A stretch of DNA of 53,787 bases from a virus. Lineage: Duplodnaviria > Caudoviricetes. This document shows, piece after piece, positions 23,001-29,676 of this stretch. Under the pieces are notes generated by a model, which made no database searches, was not told the origin of the DNA, and saw nothing but the letters and a program-made list of their open reading frames with translations. Made by a program: the position numbers and the translations under genes. Location: IMG/VR virus record IMGVR_UViG_3300042465_006905, positions 1 to 53,787 of that record. One strand, written 5' to 3'. Each line of letters opens with the position of its first letter. The stretch's first letter is position 1.

Positions 23001-24433
23001 CATATCGTGCCGCAGCCAATGTCAGTGCATCTGCCAACTTTAATTATGATACATTTGAGTTACTAACTGGTGAGGAAGTTGGCAATGCCAATGATAGAGT
23101 AATTGCTTATATTGCCAGTAACCAAGTTGACAATCTAGATACAACCACAGCACTTGGCAGTGAAGTTGCCAGATCACGAGATAACCAATATTGGCTAACG
23201 CAGTACTTCACTGGCATCGAATATCCCGGCGTGCAAGTACAGGGATTAAAATTTAACGCCAATGTTGCAGACCAGGCTCTATTAGACACAGTTATTCAAA
23301 GTCGTTATGTTGACACAGGCCTGGGAAGCAGACCGGAAGATATCAACGTTGACGGCGGTGCCTACATTGATTATTATTCCAGTCATGCCCCAGAGGAACT
23401 ATTACCTGGTGTTGTGCATGAAAGTGTAGACATCAGCGTGTTTACAGAAGAAGTAGTGGGATCTGCAAATTTAACTGTAGTTCCCGATGGTGTTACCTTT
23501 GCCTACAGAGAATTTTTTGATATCAATGGTAACCATGAGTACTTCCGCATCAGCGGATTTGCAACTACTCAGTTGATAGCCAACATAGACATTGATTCTA
23601 CAGTGATATTTGTTAGTAACAGTTCAGGGCTACCAACACCAGACACATATTTGGCAGTGCCTGGTCGCGTATTCATTGGCGGCGAGTTGATAACTTATTG
23701 GGAAAATGACAAAACTACTAGTACCTTGAAAAATATTCGTCGAGCAGTGGGTGGCACATCCAATCAACAGCATGAACAAGGAACAACGGTATATGATGTT
23801 AGCCAGGCTCAGCTGATTCCAGGTCTAAATCCTAGAACTGCAATAATTTCTAGCAACTCATCTTTCAGCAGTAATACATCAATCAACTACTGGAGATCAA
23901 ACGCCAGTAGTTCTGTGTTCACCGTGGCTGACAATCCCACTTATAAAGTAACCTTGACAGGAAATATCTCTGCCAATGTCGGAGATGTTGTAACACAAAG
24001 ATTTGGTAACGCTAATGTTGTTGTTCGCGGCAATGTAACCAGTGGCAAGTCTGTGGCAGTTGTATATCAGAGTGGAATCTTTACCACAGCCAATGCAAAT
24101 TGTGTGCTGTACATCAACGGAACTATCACCAGCGTGGCACCAAATGCTGTTGCTATACTGGGGTCGGTCAACTCCGATGGAACAGTTCAGATTACATCCA
24201 CTTCGGGCAATGTGTTAATCAAGCAAGACAATCTTGCTTGGCTAGATTACGACTTTAGGGATCAGGGATTGCAGTTCCAAGACGCAGAAAATTTACCTGC
24301 TAGAGCATTCTTAGGCGAAGGTGCAACCACATCAACCCTTGTACTAGATGATTATTATACTAACGAAGATGATACAACTACAGTAAATAACATTATGATG
24401 TCAGAAAACAACCAATTGTTAATTAAGGAATAA
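11090..24433 (+). CDS. giant virion structural protein (gp7-like position) with FG-GAP beta-propeller and carbohydrate-binding-like repeats
   Basis: Uninterrupted 4447-aa ORF after gp6. It carries repeated FG....a......vGAP motifs (~18.7-20.7 kb), W....Y..G.iV.Y....Y.A CBM5/12-like motifs, and G.GY...P.V...GG.G.GA repeats. Confidence 0.7.
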   Translation: MAANTSTLKFLPAIFQTDTNEKFLNATLDQLTSEADLRRVNGYIGRKFAPTYKTADNYVAEPTAARQNYQLEPSVVVQNKQESTVSLFSTYIDLIQQVSTLGGNTSDHSRMFANESYTFDGLFDFDKFGNYNNYYWLPNGPDAVDVYAGTVDTEETFVVTRNLAVNGYNFSGKGAGANPVLTLARGGTYKFNLGQQGNRFWIQTEPGVAGTKASQSNVGTRNVYGVASNGASIGQIVFTVPRKTAQDNFSQLTLAATVDIATTFGYTQIQHQLLSVLLQTYPGVFDGVTTDLNRKTLIFTNSEEDDLKWETPGVFDKSDEPFDFVAYDPGEVVETADRRGVWTIDLQASDGGDYLVVLIPSAAVEINQRVYVSSGINNANQQYWLERTNFYSLVPENTAALDRLYYQDGSNPNLFGLIQIVESEGYSIDVASNIIGQKSYTSPNGVIFTNGLKIQFDDTVTDPVYSGNEYYVEGVGASIQLIKTTDLVTPEAYAVDGLSVPDYITINRDSIDHNAWSRSNRWFHIDVIQATADYNNTVASPDQAYRAQRPIIEFEGHLQLFDAGRVAKKPVDLLIDDGTITDAMNQLEGTLVTAAPTSVLLEVENTDPTYGIIDIYAAGVGYELNDILTVTGTISATAWSAGATATTGVYYSYNNNLYLATTSGTFSTELPVHTAGTKSNGTVSLLYSGANATLKVTEISETGGVTKLTVSAGGAYAIPVVSGIVLTGGTGTGARANLTYRLQSVNFESYGSGFFYDAQPTVTIDSTFAWTAGATAEQFKYYSYLDTTVAAKPITYYYQATSVGTFASTAPSHTSGSTLNGTVSLQFLGVTNIPTWQAPDTWSTWAVSGTAISNNYYTYGNKYYLATGAGTFGSTAPTHTTGSVTSGTVPLLYKGKILNLNTNGTALTLPGIETVTLNKSRVYSLTFASKGTGYTAVPKVTLSSPAVMTPIRAVFADDFDPSIQNSIFVISAVDTTGGSASDTKVHLTLADDYEVLEGNCLNVTSGDNAGYNFWYTGSSWNQGQLKTSVNQSPLFDIVDINGVGLGDTTYYPVSSFAGTAIFSYKVGTGSADRILGFPLSYRNFNSIGDIQFTNNFDSETITYASGTSTVSVPVNYNFLKQNTSISAYDNRNIWTKNTEDTKQYQVFSFAYTTSNYFPVDILPEEENTIPYTKVFVNNQLLKSSDYSYTLVGSRQTVRVDYTLLKENDKVDILIYSRSVSKTGYYEIPNSLDYNSKNANFSSLTLGQIRSHITKIKENTKLAVDVGSTFSGLRDIRYKGNGGNIVQQSAPAMYSNIFLTDKNLNFAQSIDYSAREYTRFKNKFLELATKLDIANVTDIAAIVDAILKNINNIKNKTFPWYYSDMVPYGDNANVINYSIINPLTKQYEITQVFEDTKLSNLAVLVYLNGVQLVNGIDFSFLQDRSAILLGDTITLVAADKLKIVEYNDTDGSFIPETPSKLGLYPKFVPQRFTDTSYITPVEVIQGHDGSITPIFNDIRDNLLLELEKRIYNNIKIDYDTHIFDLYDHLPGKFRTTDYSLTEFNQLLSNKFLRWVGDNRVDYSTNEYFVSGNPWTWNYKKFKDRVDGAMLPGTWRAIFSHFFDTYRPNTHPWEMLGFGKKPTWWEERYGAAPYTGGNTLLWDDLETGYIHAGPTAGTDTRFARPGLSQIIPVDEYGDLLSPEKWATSTFDSLKANSSYSVGDQGPVEFAWRTSSYFPYALQYALALAKPGYYFGSLINVDRYYRNTTIDQLVNTESRQRITPTTVVVNGDTTAGTVVRSAGYLNWIRDYVLSLGMNPVTAIRTYLDTVNVQLGYKVGGYTDKNFIQLLAEQGSPTNTSNSIVIPTENYSIQLNSSTPIRKAVYSAVVVERTENGFTVNGYNQNSPFFTIIPSMANNNFYIVEVLKRRGIIYKDYQNIKLTVPYGFEFNTEQQVVDFLISYGRFLVAQGFKFDTQDDNLGETRNWVLSTKEFLNWAQQGWKSGSIIVLSPVYNELVNIQPDGVINVIDNTPNGTKLLDQNSDFIKNTQFTESRIGNKFTLKSLSNQTICLADLTVVQYEHAILFDNVTVFNDILYVPELGNRQFRLKLVGSKTGSWTGTLSPPGFVYNSTLVDAWQPGVDYLLGSIVEYKNLYYTALTNIVADSEFVQDKQWRQINSGDIKTGLLPNFTHSAKRLQQVYDVDNLPSDMTLEGYGTSLIGFRKRGYLSNFGLDETSQVKFFQGFIKEKGTLNAITGLTNAAVNEWTSGIDIYEEWALRVGEYGSLTTDQIVEVELDETVITANPTAIQFLDSGEIEPLKDVVSFHPTDLYKAPAGFTKNLFFNRNGLAETINDIQTAGYPSLIDVDETLFSFTKYNELDTVIAKIGPGYYIWVAKDYANEWNVYRVTETQINVVNLTYNIDNLMTVEFTDAPGLVRGDIFAIKSFDSRLDGFYQVYTVSETRKVQVAIVNDGVGVSTGIDNSRSSTIKELKNINGYGVYYKLQSARLSSLTDANNIIPLKGWEAGDKLWVDSADADGNWGVYNKVDAWNSTSELLTDESASINGQFGTTISSNKLANNLFVGSPQYTNIDGSTGIVKTFSRVGTTVRQTSKFDARSNLAGNFGQTITASDYVVAIGAPLSNSARGYVYIQNLATAELQILTSNTAATGDCFGNAIAIADDNDWMYIGAPGTNAVYIYNYQDNVTIKSNTITYGSADTVGTTYTTVYTPASKYALSISDQYKNYVVDVDFTLSGNVINFVNPPTVLDTKISVLQSKYYENTGTVPVPVDVVAGDMFGDAVATTDDGKTLIVGAPGQSSGAGAVYIFKRFEESYNSNLDNIYDSAKNFGTYTKVYINGSIQSSSTYTITNNTRLSFNNPLALGQVVLVVSTDWVLVQKITEPTASAGNQFGSSIAIDHLLGSTFYVSAPNTLQATGESGAVYRYSDTAKVLGSITAASTPEYTISSIKNGGSTFNSNIGIYINSYYVDLSSAVVTANVAYSPSIGDMTTWANVAIPAGYADPATCVDLINTAKIPLVTATTTADGFFTISTTNKVANNKLSIVNNGSNLFDLVGITPYGLDQVIAHPVGSIGFGFASRIKYSPETATLLVSSIEDDVYYEAEIDAGKTTFDQRATRVIDIVKSSGSVFVYELLSDAETGTNNTGIMSYVQHIKSTGLGSNDQFGIGLDINKDLILVGAPGNDSIAPGAGAVHVYTNMSQIQSWNKIRYQEAKVDLDNINRFFIYDKTTELIRTTLDYIDPVKGKILGIAEQDLDFKTALDPAVYNAGNRTNISNNSGFHWNERQVGKLWWNLNDLRYIDYEQGDLIYRTNNWGKLFPGSTVQVCEWIKSKFPPAQYIINGGDGVPLYTNVYCVVTTVIGGVITPEYYYWVIDKQSAAPGKHFSVSILSNIIENPQLQGIPYGFMSKNNAIGLVNVQNYLNAVNSVLHIDYQKFYNDNSVHTEYELVKEGQPNIQLPTRIIDKLIDSLSGIDSIGQVVPDPTLTESNKIGLNTRPVQTLVIDRSMAVENFVKYVNGVLIKYPIVYQYSLLGIEKVDPVPPSTEYDKVVTTVEDIGYIDTRASIANALPVGYRVLVTSDSSNSGLWTIYTLDSDRVFVISRIQYYNTALYWDKVDWYAEDYDPTGRITYTVTAYKDIATLTLAAGDIVRVNYDDNGQFSIYRTTADLILERVGIENGTIQLKSTLYNLAAGQMGWDEDRFDTVRFDQTPSIEIRNILTALRDDIFIDSLGAEFNKLFFIIVNYILQEQKSVDWIFKTSFISIFHNLRELSQPPSFVLDNQEYYLDYINEVKPYRTIVREYVVDYTGSDTVGSNVTDFDLPSLYNKTLGKYRPPSGELSGDTTLINITPEYQYWKQYHTYTIDTIEISNPGTGYVIEPSVTVTGGGGTGATATAAIWGNGAIRSVTVTNSGTGYTSRPEVRINGTGTGGLAAARIVNRTARQFDSVLKFDRTAYDSDVLLWTSANSYASGSVVAYNGQAYRAAANVSASANFNYDTFELLTGEEVGNANDRVIAYIASNQVDNLDTTTALGSEVARSRDNQYWLTQYFTGIEYPGVQVQGLKFNANVADQALLDTVIQSRYVDTGLGSRPEDINVDGGAYIDYYSSHAPEELLPGVVHESVDISVFTEEVVGSANLTVVPDGVTFAYREFFDINGNHEYFRISGFATTQLIANIDIDSTVIFVSNSSGLPTPDTYLAVPGRVFIGGELITYWENDKTTSTLKNIRRAVGGTSNQQHEQGTTVYDVSQAQLIPGLNPRTAIISSNSSFSSNTSINYWRSNASSSVFTVADNPTYKVTLTGNISANVGDVVTQRFGNANVVVRGNVTSGKSVAVVYQSGIFTTANANCVLYINGTITSVAPNAVAILGSVNSDGTVQITSTSGNVLIKQDNLAWLDYDFRDQGLQFQDAENLPARAFLGEGATTSTLVLDDYYTNEDDTTTVNNIMMSENNQLLIKE
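13001..13774 (+). repeat. three ~50-aa internal protein repeats in the giant protein
   Basis: AWSAGATA..YYSY...YLATTSGTFS...P.HT.G...GTVSLLY (~13001), AWTAGATA...YQATSVGTFASTAPSHTSG..NGTVSLQF (~13394), TWAVSGTA..YYTY...YLATGAGTFGSTAPTHTTG...GTVPLLY (~13619). Confidence 0.8.
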
Positions 24434-24435
24434 AA

Positions 24436-25443
24436 ATGGCGATAAAATTTAGTCAATTACCAAAAATAGGCTCACTGAGTGCTAATGTAATTTTGCCGGT
24501 GGTAACGATAGGCGCATCGTCAAATGTACTTGGAGTTGCAACATATACTGTGTTCAGCGACTTTGTTAACTTGGTTACTGGCAACACCGTTGCCAATTTA
24601 CAAAGCAATGTCTCAAGTTTGCAATCTAATGCAGCCGCACAGGATACCAGTATAAACTCGCTGAGTTCTAGCATAAGCGGGCAAACAACAACTATCAATA
24701 TACATACAGGACAAATTACTTCATTACAGGCCAACAGTGTTAGCTTGGCCTCAGACATAGCCAATGTCAGTGGCACAGTATTGGGCGGTGTGGTCAACAG
24801 CATAACAGTAACAACACCGTTAGTTAAAGCAGGTAATGCTACCTATCCCAATCTGTCAATTGGTGTGGCAACTACTAGTACTGGTGGATATGTAACTAGC
24901 ACTGATTGGAATATATTTAACGACAAAGCACCAACTGCAGAACCAACCTTCACTGGCACAACCACAGTGGCAACACTGGCTACTGGCAATATTGCACCTA
25001 GCGCCAATGCCACAGCTAATATTGGATCGACCAGCTCGTATTATAACAATGTCTTTGGTATTAACTTTTATGGTAAATCTGTTTCGTCGCAGTACGCCGA
25101 CTTGGCAGAGATGTACTTGCCTGACGCAGAATATCCAGTGGGAACTGTGGTAATGATTGGCGGAGAAGCTGAAATCACTGCTTGCCAACCCAACTCAAGA
25201 GCCATTGGTGCTATAAGTGCCGATCCTGCATACCGAATGAACTCAGACCTAGAGAACGGAGTATTTGTGGCTCTTAAAGGACGAGTACCTGTGTTTGTAA
25301 AAGGGCCAGTACGCAAAGGACAAGACCTGGTAGCAGACACATGCGGTTGCGCCATTGCAATGGTGGGAGGTACGGCATTTGCCGTTGCATTGGAAACAAA
25401 TGACGATGCAGGCATCAAACTGGTTGAAGCCTTAATTTTATAA
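24436..25443 (+). CDS. tail fibre-like protein with C-terminal autocleaving chaperone (peptidase G2/IMC-like) domain
   Basis: Starts MAIKFSQLP, then a coiled-coil stretch, then YADLAEMY..D.EY..GTVV.IGG.EIT...GAIS..PAY.MN...VALKGRVPV.V.GPV.KG..LV. Confidence 0.7.
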   Translation: MAIKFSQLPKIGSLSANVILPVVTIGASSNVLGVATYTVFSDFVNLVTGNTVANLQSNVSSLQSNAAAQDTSINSLSSSISGQTTTINIHTGQITSLQANSVSLASDIANVSGTVLGGVVNSITVTTPLVKAGNATYPNLSIGVATTSTGGYVTSTDWNIFNDKAPTAEPTFTGTTTVATLATGNIAPSANATANIGSTSSYYNNVFGINFYGKSVSSQYADLAEMYLPDAEYPVGTVVMIGGEAEITACQPNSRAIGAISADPAYRMNSDLENGVFVALKGRVPVFVKGPVRKGQDLVADTCGCAIAMVGGTAFAVALETNDDAGIKLVEALIL

Positions 25444-25455
25444 GCAAAAATAGCG

Positions 25456-25462
25456 ATAAATA
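25456..25462 (+). promoter_or_regulatory. T4-type late promoter-like ATAAATA
   Basis: Intergenic ATAAATA 4 nt before ATG 25467. Confidence 0.55.
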
Positions 25463-25466
25463 ACAT

Positions 25467-26150
25467 ATGGAACAAGATAAACAGCAGGACACACCAAAAA
25501 TGGAAACTCAAACACCAGACCGCAAACCCAACGAAACCGGTGGAATTCATGTGCAAGGGCACATTAAGATTTTTGATCCGGAAACCAAAGAAGTTTTCAT
25601 AAACAAGCGCAATGCCATCCACTATGAAAACATTTCCGTGGCCCTGGCACAGAACTTGAGCAACAAGGCCCAGAGTTTTATCTACGAAATGCACTTTGGG
25701 AATGGTGGTACTGCCGTTGACCCCACTGGCGTTATCAGTTACCTGCCTGCCAATACAAATGCACAGAACAGTAACTTGTACAATCCCACCTATTTTAAGA
25801 TTGTCGACGATACCAGTGTTAAAAACACAGATCCTGCTAGAAATAAGATCACAGTACTGCACACTCCGGGCAACATCTACACAGACATCCTGGTAACCTG
25901 CCTGCTGGACTACGGCGAGCCTGCTGACCAAGCGGCTTTTGACAACAGTCAAAGTTTAAATGGTGACTACGTGTTTGACGAACTGGGACTAAAAGCTCGT
26001 AGCCTTGATGGCAGCGAAGGTCTAACCACCACAGGCCTGTTGTTGACACATGTGGTGTTCCATCCTGTGCAAAAGAGTCTAAACAGACTTATTCAAATCG
26101 ATTATACTGTGCGAATTCAAACTCTAACCGACTTGAGTTCAATAGGATAA
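25467..26150 (+). CDS. virion structural protein (tail collar/baseplate-fibre adaptor-like)
   Basis: 227 aa with FGNGGT and FDELGL...LLTHVVFHPVQKS...IDYTVRI; embedded in the fibre module. Confidence 0.6.
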   Translation: MEQDKQQDTPKMETQTPDRKPNETGGIHVQGHIKIFDPETKEVFINKRNAIHYENISVALAQNLSNKAQSFIYEMHFGNGGTAVDPTGVISYLPANTNAQNSNLYNPTYFKIVDDTSVKNTDPARNKITVLHTPGNIYTDILVTCLLDYGEPADQAAFDNSQSLNGDYVFDELGLKARSLDGSEGLTTTGLLLTHVVFHPVQKSLNRLIQIDYTVRIQTLTDLSSIG

Positions 26151-26156
26151 ACCACG

Positions 26157-27374
26157 ATGAGCTATACCATATACAAAAGTAACGGACTACAACTACTGAC
26201 TCTATTAGACGGTACACTAGATACCAGCACTGGCCTGAACCTGGTAGGTAAAAATTACATCAACTATGGTACAGTTCAAAATGAAAACTTTGTTTGGCTG
26301 TTGGAAAACCAAGCCAGTGCCACTGCTCCGCTATATCCATTGACTGGTCAACTGTGGTACGATACTGCCACAGCCACTTTGAAATATTACACCGGTACTG
26401 CATTTAATCCACTGGCTATTGCAGGAAATTCTAGTGTTACGGTGGGACAATTGGAAACTCGATTGGCGGCCAATGTTGCCGCTTTGTATTCGGGATTAAC
26501 CGCCAATGTGATCACTGTGACCGGTTTGGTTACTGCGGCCAATACTGCAATGAAACTGTATGTGGACGCCAACAATGCCATACAGTTATCACAAATTACC
26601 TCAGCCAACACAGCAATTGGTGCTATACAGGCCAATGTTGGCTCATTCTACACCTATGCCAACACAACATTTGGAACCAGCAACTATGGCAATGCCAACA
26701 TAGCCGCATACTTGCCAACCAGTACAGTGATCACCGACATCAATGCCAATGTCACAGCGGCCACGGCCGCTATTGTGTCAGCCAATGTTGCCATGCAACT
26801 GTATGTGTCAGATCTCAACGGAGTACAAATAACTAGAGTTACCGGAGCCAATGCCTCAATTGCTGCCTTGTCAACAAATGTGGGAAGTTTTTATACCTAT
26901 GCCAACGCAACATTTGGAACCAGTAACTATGGCAATGCCACTGTAGACGCATACTTGCCAACCAGTACAGTGATAACTGGCATCAACAGTAATGTGGCCA
27001 ATGTGGTTTATAGTGTCACAAACCTTGACGCATCATTACGAGACTACATAGACACCGGCAATGTTGGCGTTAATAATAGATTTGCGTCGGGTGCGGCAAG
27101 CATTGCCGTCCTTAGTGCCAACCTTGGTGCATTCCAAACTTATGCCAATACAACTTTTGGCACCAGTTCGTATTCCAATGTTATACTGGCTGCCAACTTG
27201 CGAGCTCTGGCCAGTAATGTGTCAACCACTGCCAACATTGTTGCAACACAAAGTGTTTACTCCAATGGCAATATTACAATGACTTCCAATATTGCTCGCA
27301 ATGTATATGTTGAAAGTTATGCACCCGGACAATTTCAAGGCAATATTGGCGATATCTGGTACCAGCTTTATTAA
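26157..27374 (+). CDS. tail fibre-like protein (shared N-terminal anchor module, C-terminal GDIWYQ)
   Basis: The N-terminus (L.LVGKNY..YG..QNENF..LLEN.A...P..P..GQLWYD) is shared with 28502 and 29677. The body is Ala/Asn-rich coiled-coil with internal repeats. Confidence 0.7.
   Translation: MSYTIYKSNGLQLLTLLDGTLDTSTGLNLVGKNYINYGTVQNENFVWLLENQASATAPLYPLTGQLWYDTATATLKYYTGTAFNPLAIAGNSSVTVGQLETRLAANVAALYSGLTANVITVTGLVTAANTAMKLYVDANNAIQLSQITSANTAIGAIQANVGSFYTYANTTFGTSNYGNANIAAYLPTSTVITDINANVTAATAAIVSANVAMQLYVSDLNGVQITRVTGANASIAALSTNVGSFYTYANATFGTSNYGNATVDAYLPTSTVITGINSNVANVVYSVTNLDASLRDYIDTGNVGVNNRFASGAASIAVLSANLGAFQTYANTTFGTSSYSNVILAANLRALASNVSTTANIVATQSVYSNGNITMTSNIARNVYVESYAPGQFQGNIGDIWYQLY
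26634..27180 (+). repeat. three internal repeats N[VL]G[SA]F.TYAN.TFGTS.Y.N
   Basis: Visible in protein and DNA: acctatgccaac[a/g]caacatttggaaccag[c/t]aactatggcaatgcca near 26652 and 26895, with a more diverged copy near 27138. Confidence 0.8.
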
Positions 27375-27376
27375 TT

Positions 27377-27547
27377 ATGTCAATAACTTCTAATGTGTCA
27401 TTGCCTATTAGGATTAAAACAAGTAGTAATACTTGGTCTAATGTTGCAAATGTAAAAATTAAAACAACCTCTAATACATGGAGTAATGTAAAGGCCATTT
27501 GGGTTAAAGATACTATTACTTGTGACTGGAAACAAGTGCATGGCTAA
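27377..27547 (+). CDS. 56-aa Trp-repeat protein (not in ORF track), adhesin-attachment-like module
   Basis: Hand translation: MSITSNVSLPIRIKTSSNTWSNVANVKIKTTSNTWSNVKAIWVKDTITCDWKQVHG*. It fills the gap exactly, starting 2 nt after the upstream stop and overlapping the next ATG. Confidence 0.75.
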   Translation: MSITSNVSLPIRIKTSSNTWSNVANVKIKTTSNTWSNVKAIWVKDTITCDWKQVHG

Positions 27548-28496
27548 TCAGCTAGTTAAACGATTTGTATACAACGGTGGCACAGAGTCTTTTACTGTGC
27601 CCGCTGGTTTTAAATCCGAAGTTGATGTTTACCTCTGGGGTGCTGGGGGTGGAGCAGGCGGTGTAGACGGCAACGGTCCTGCAGGCAATGGTGGCGGCGG
27701 CTGGTATTACAACAACTCAGTCACTTTGGCCGCAGGTGATACAGTATTGGTTGCAGTGGGCGGCCCCGGAGGCGGCGGCGGTAGCAGTTCCGGTGGTGGT
27801 GGTGGTTCAGCAGGTGCAGGATACACAATATCTGTCAACGGAAAATATTTAAATGGTGGCCGTGGTGGAAATGCAGGCCCAGCAGGTTGGTCAGGTGGTG
27901 GCGGTGGCGGTGGAGGAGCCACCTTGTTGCTGGTCAATGGGTCAACAGCATACTTTGCTGCCGGAGGTGGCGGTGGCGGTGGCGGTTCAAATAATCGCGG
28001 TGCTTCTTCAGCCAGCAATCCCACTGCTGTTACCAATGGAAATTCCACAGGTGGAGACTGTCCCGGTGATGGCGGGGGTGGTGGCGGGGGTGGAGGTGGT
28101 TCGGGTGTAGGCGGCGGCCCAGGATTTGACAATGCCTATGGGGGACTTGCAGGCAGTGCAGGTAGCTCAACTGCTGGAGCAGTGGGCGCAGATGGCAACA
28201 GCACAGGCGGGACCAACAGCCCATATTGGCCGGGCGGGATAGCTCAGGGTGGAATTGGCACAGGATCGGGCGGAAGCCCGGGGCAGGCGGTGTTGGTCTT
28301 CTCGGGTGGCGGAGCAGGCCGTGTAAAGGTTGGCGGAGTGTGGAAACCGGTAAATACATTAGCAGTTAAAGTAAGTGATGTTTGGCGCGGAATTCAAGCC
28401 GCTTGGGTAAAACAAGATGGTGAATGGAAACTTATGCCCAGTATTGGCATTCCCACTTCTTTAACTACCACATTTAGCAGAAACAATTTTGGATAA
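27540..28496 (+). CDS. glycine-rich receptor-binding/adhesin-like protein
   Basis: FTVPAG...V.LWGAGGG followed by many GGxGG motifs (polyglycine II type), and a C-terminal VK.GG.WK.V...VKV...W......WVK.DG.WK module. ATG 27540 is preferred over the track's GTG 27522. Confidence 0.7.
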   Translation: MANQLVKRFVYNGGTESFTVPAGFKSEVDVYLWGAGGGAGGVDGNGPAGNGGGGWYYNNSVTLAAGDTVLVAVGGPGGGGGSSSGGGGGSAGAGYTISVNGKYLNGGRGGNAGPAGWSGGGGGGGGATLLLVNGSTAYFAAGGGGGGGGSNNRGASSASNPTAVTNGNSTGGDCPGDGGGGGGGGGGSGVGGGPGFDNAYGGLAGSAGSSTAGAVGADGNSTGGTNSPYWPGGIAQGGIGTGSGGSPGQAVLVFSGGGAGRVKVGGVWKPVNTLAVKVSDVWRGIQAAWVKQDGEWKLMPSIGIPTSLTTTFSRNNFG

Positions 28497-28501
28497 AAAC
28501 A

Positions 28502-29635
28502 ATGGCATATACAATAAATTATTATAACGGAACTATATTGGCCAATATCGCCGACGGAACTTTAAACACCAGTACATCATTGAGTCTGGCCGGTAAGAAT
28601 TTTGTTGGTTACGGAGAATATCTAAATGAAAACCAGCTGTTTTTGTTGGAAAATTTTGCCAGCAACAGTGGACCAACTAATCCAGTTGCTGGACAATTAT
28701 GGTACAATACCAGTACACAGGCAATCAGCGTTTACACAGGATCATCCTATTCTACTTTGACCAATGCCACTGTGACCGCAGGTGCAGTCAGCACAATAAA
28801 TGCACAAATACGGGCCAATGTTGATGTCATCAACACCAGCATACTGGCCAATGTTGCTGTGATAAATGCCAATGCAGGTGTACAAGACACACAGATTACC
28901 AGTTTATTGGCCAATGCTGCCACGCAGAACAGTTCGATTACAACATTGACTGCCAATGCTGGTGTTCAAAGCCAAAGACTAGACAGCATAGATGCCAATG
29001 TCACAGCAGCCAATGCCGCAATAGCCCTTAGGGCAACCACCTATAGCCCAACACTGACTGGAAACCCCAGAGCACCCACTGCCACAGTGGCAGACAACTC
29101 CACAACCATAGCAACCACAGCCTATGTGATGGCACAGGATGACCTACGCAGAGAATACGCAGATACCAGTATTTTGGCCAATGTTGGTGCACTAGAGTCA
29201 TCCACAACCACTGCCATTGGACTGCGGGCAAATATTGCCGACCCAACATTTACAGGTGTACCTGCCGCTCCCACTGCTGGCGCAGGAACAAGAACCACAC
29301 AAATAGCAACCACAGCCTATGTGATGGCACAGGATGACACACAACGCATTTATACTGATAATGCAATATCCAGCAATGTTTCGGCAGTAAATAATGCAAC
29401 CAACAACAATTTGGCATTTAAAGCCAATCTGGCAAGTCCTGCGCTGGCAGGCACACCCACAGCCCCGACTGCAACAGCTGGCACCAACACCACACAACTT
29501 GCCACAACAGCGTTTGTATCGGCAGCAATCACAGGCAATACAGCACTTTGGCAAGGAAGCCAACGATATATCGACTCGACTGCACCAGACAATGCCATAG
29601 GCAACAACGGAGATTTCTGGTTCCAATATCAGTAA
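28502..29635 (+). CDS. tail fibre protein with P2 gpH-type P.[LF].G.P.APTA repeats
   Basis: Shared N-terminal anchor module, three P(T/A)(L/F)(T/A)G.P.APTA....T.(I/L)ATTA(Y/F)V repeats, and C-terminal GDFWFQYQ. Confidence 0.75.
   Translation: MAYTINYYNGTILANIADGTLNTSTSLSLAGKNFVGYGEYLNENQLFLLENFASNSGPTNPVAGQLWYNTSTQAISVYTGSSYSTLTNATVTAGAVSTINAQIRANVDVINTSILANVAVINANAGVQDTQITSLLANAATQNSSITTLTANAGVQSQRLDSIDANVTAANAAIALRATTYSPTLTGNPRAPTATVADNSTTIATTAYVMAQDDLRREYADTSILANVGALESSTTTAIGLRANIADPTFTGVPAAPTAGAGTRTTQIATTAYVMAQDDTQRIYTDNAISSNVSAVNNATNNNLAFKANLASPALAGTPTAPTATAGTNTTQLATTAFVSAAITGNTALWQGSQRYIDSTAPDNAIGNNGDFWFQYQ
29108..29338 (+). repeat. 36-bp perfect direct repeat within the tail fibre gene
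   Basis: atagcaaccacagcctatgtgatggcacaggatgac at 29108-29143 and 29303-29338 (195 bp apart, in frame). Confidence 0.9.
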
Positions 29636-29643
29636 AAAACATG

Positions 29644-29650
29644 ATAAATA
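29644..29650 (+). promoter_or_regulatory. T4-type late promoter-like ATAAATA
   Basis: Intergenic ATAAATA upstream of 29677, followed by a GGAG RBS-like sequence. Confidence 0.55.
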
Positions 29651-29676
29651 AACTTAATATTGGAGCGTTTACTTAA

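Noticed and set aside
25068-25952. 294-aa antisense ORF
   Set aside because: It lies opposite two well-supported structural genes and has no recognisable motifs; most likely a shadow ORF.
27372-27379. Read-through or frameshift fusing the 26157 fibre to the 56-aa ORF
   Set aside because: The small ORF has its own ATG in a different frame 2 nt after the stop, no slippery sequence is evident, and the paralogous 28502 fibre ends at the same motif.
27707-28132. Poly-proline antisense ORF and GGY triplet runs resembling a microsatellite
   Set aside because: Both are direct consequences of Gly codons in the adhesin-like gene.
26634-29338. Fibre-gene repeats as a CRISPR array or a DGR template/variable repeat pair
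   Set aside because: The repeats are in-frame coding units without unique spacers of regular length. Differences are not adenine-specific, and no reverse transcriptase or cas gene is in the window.
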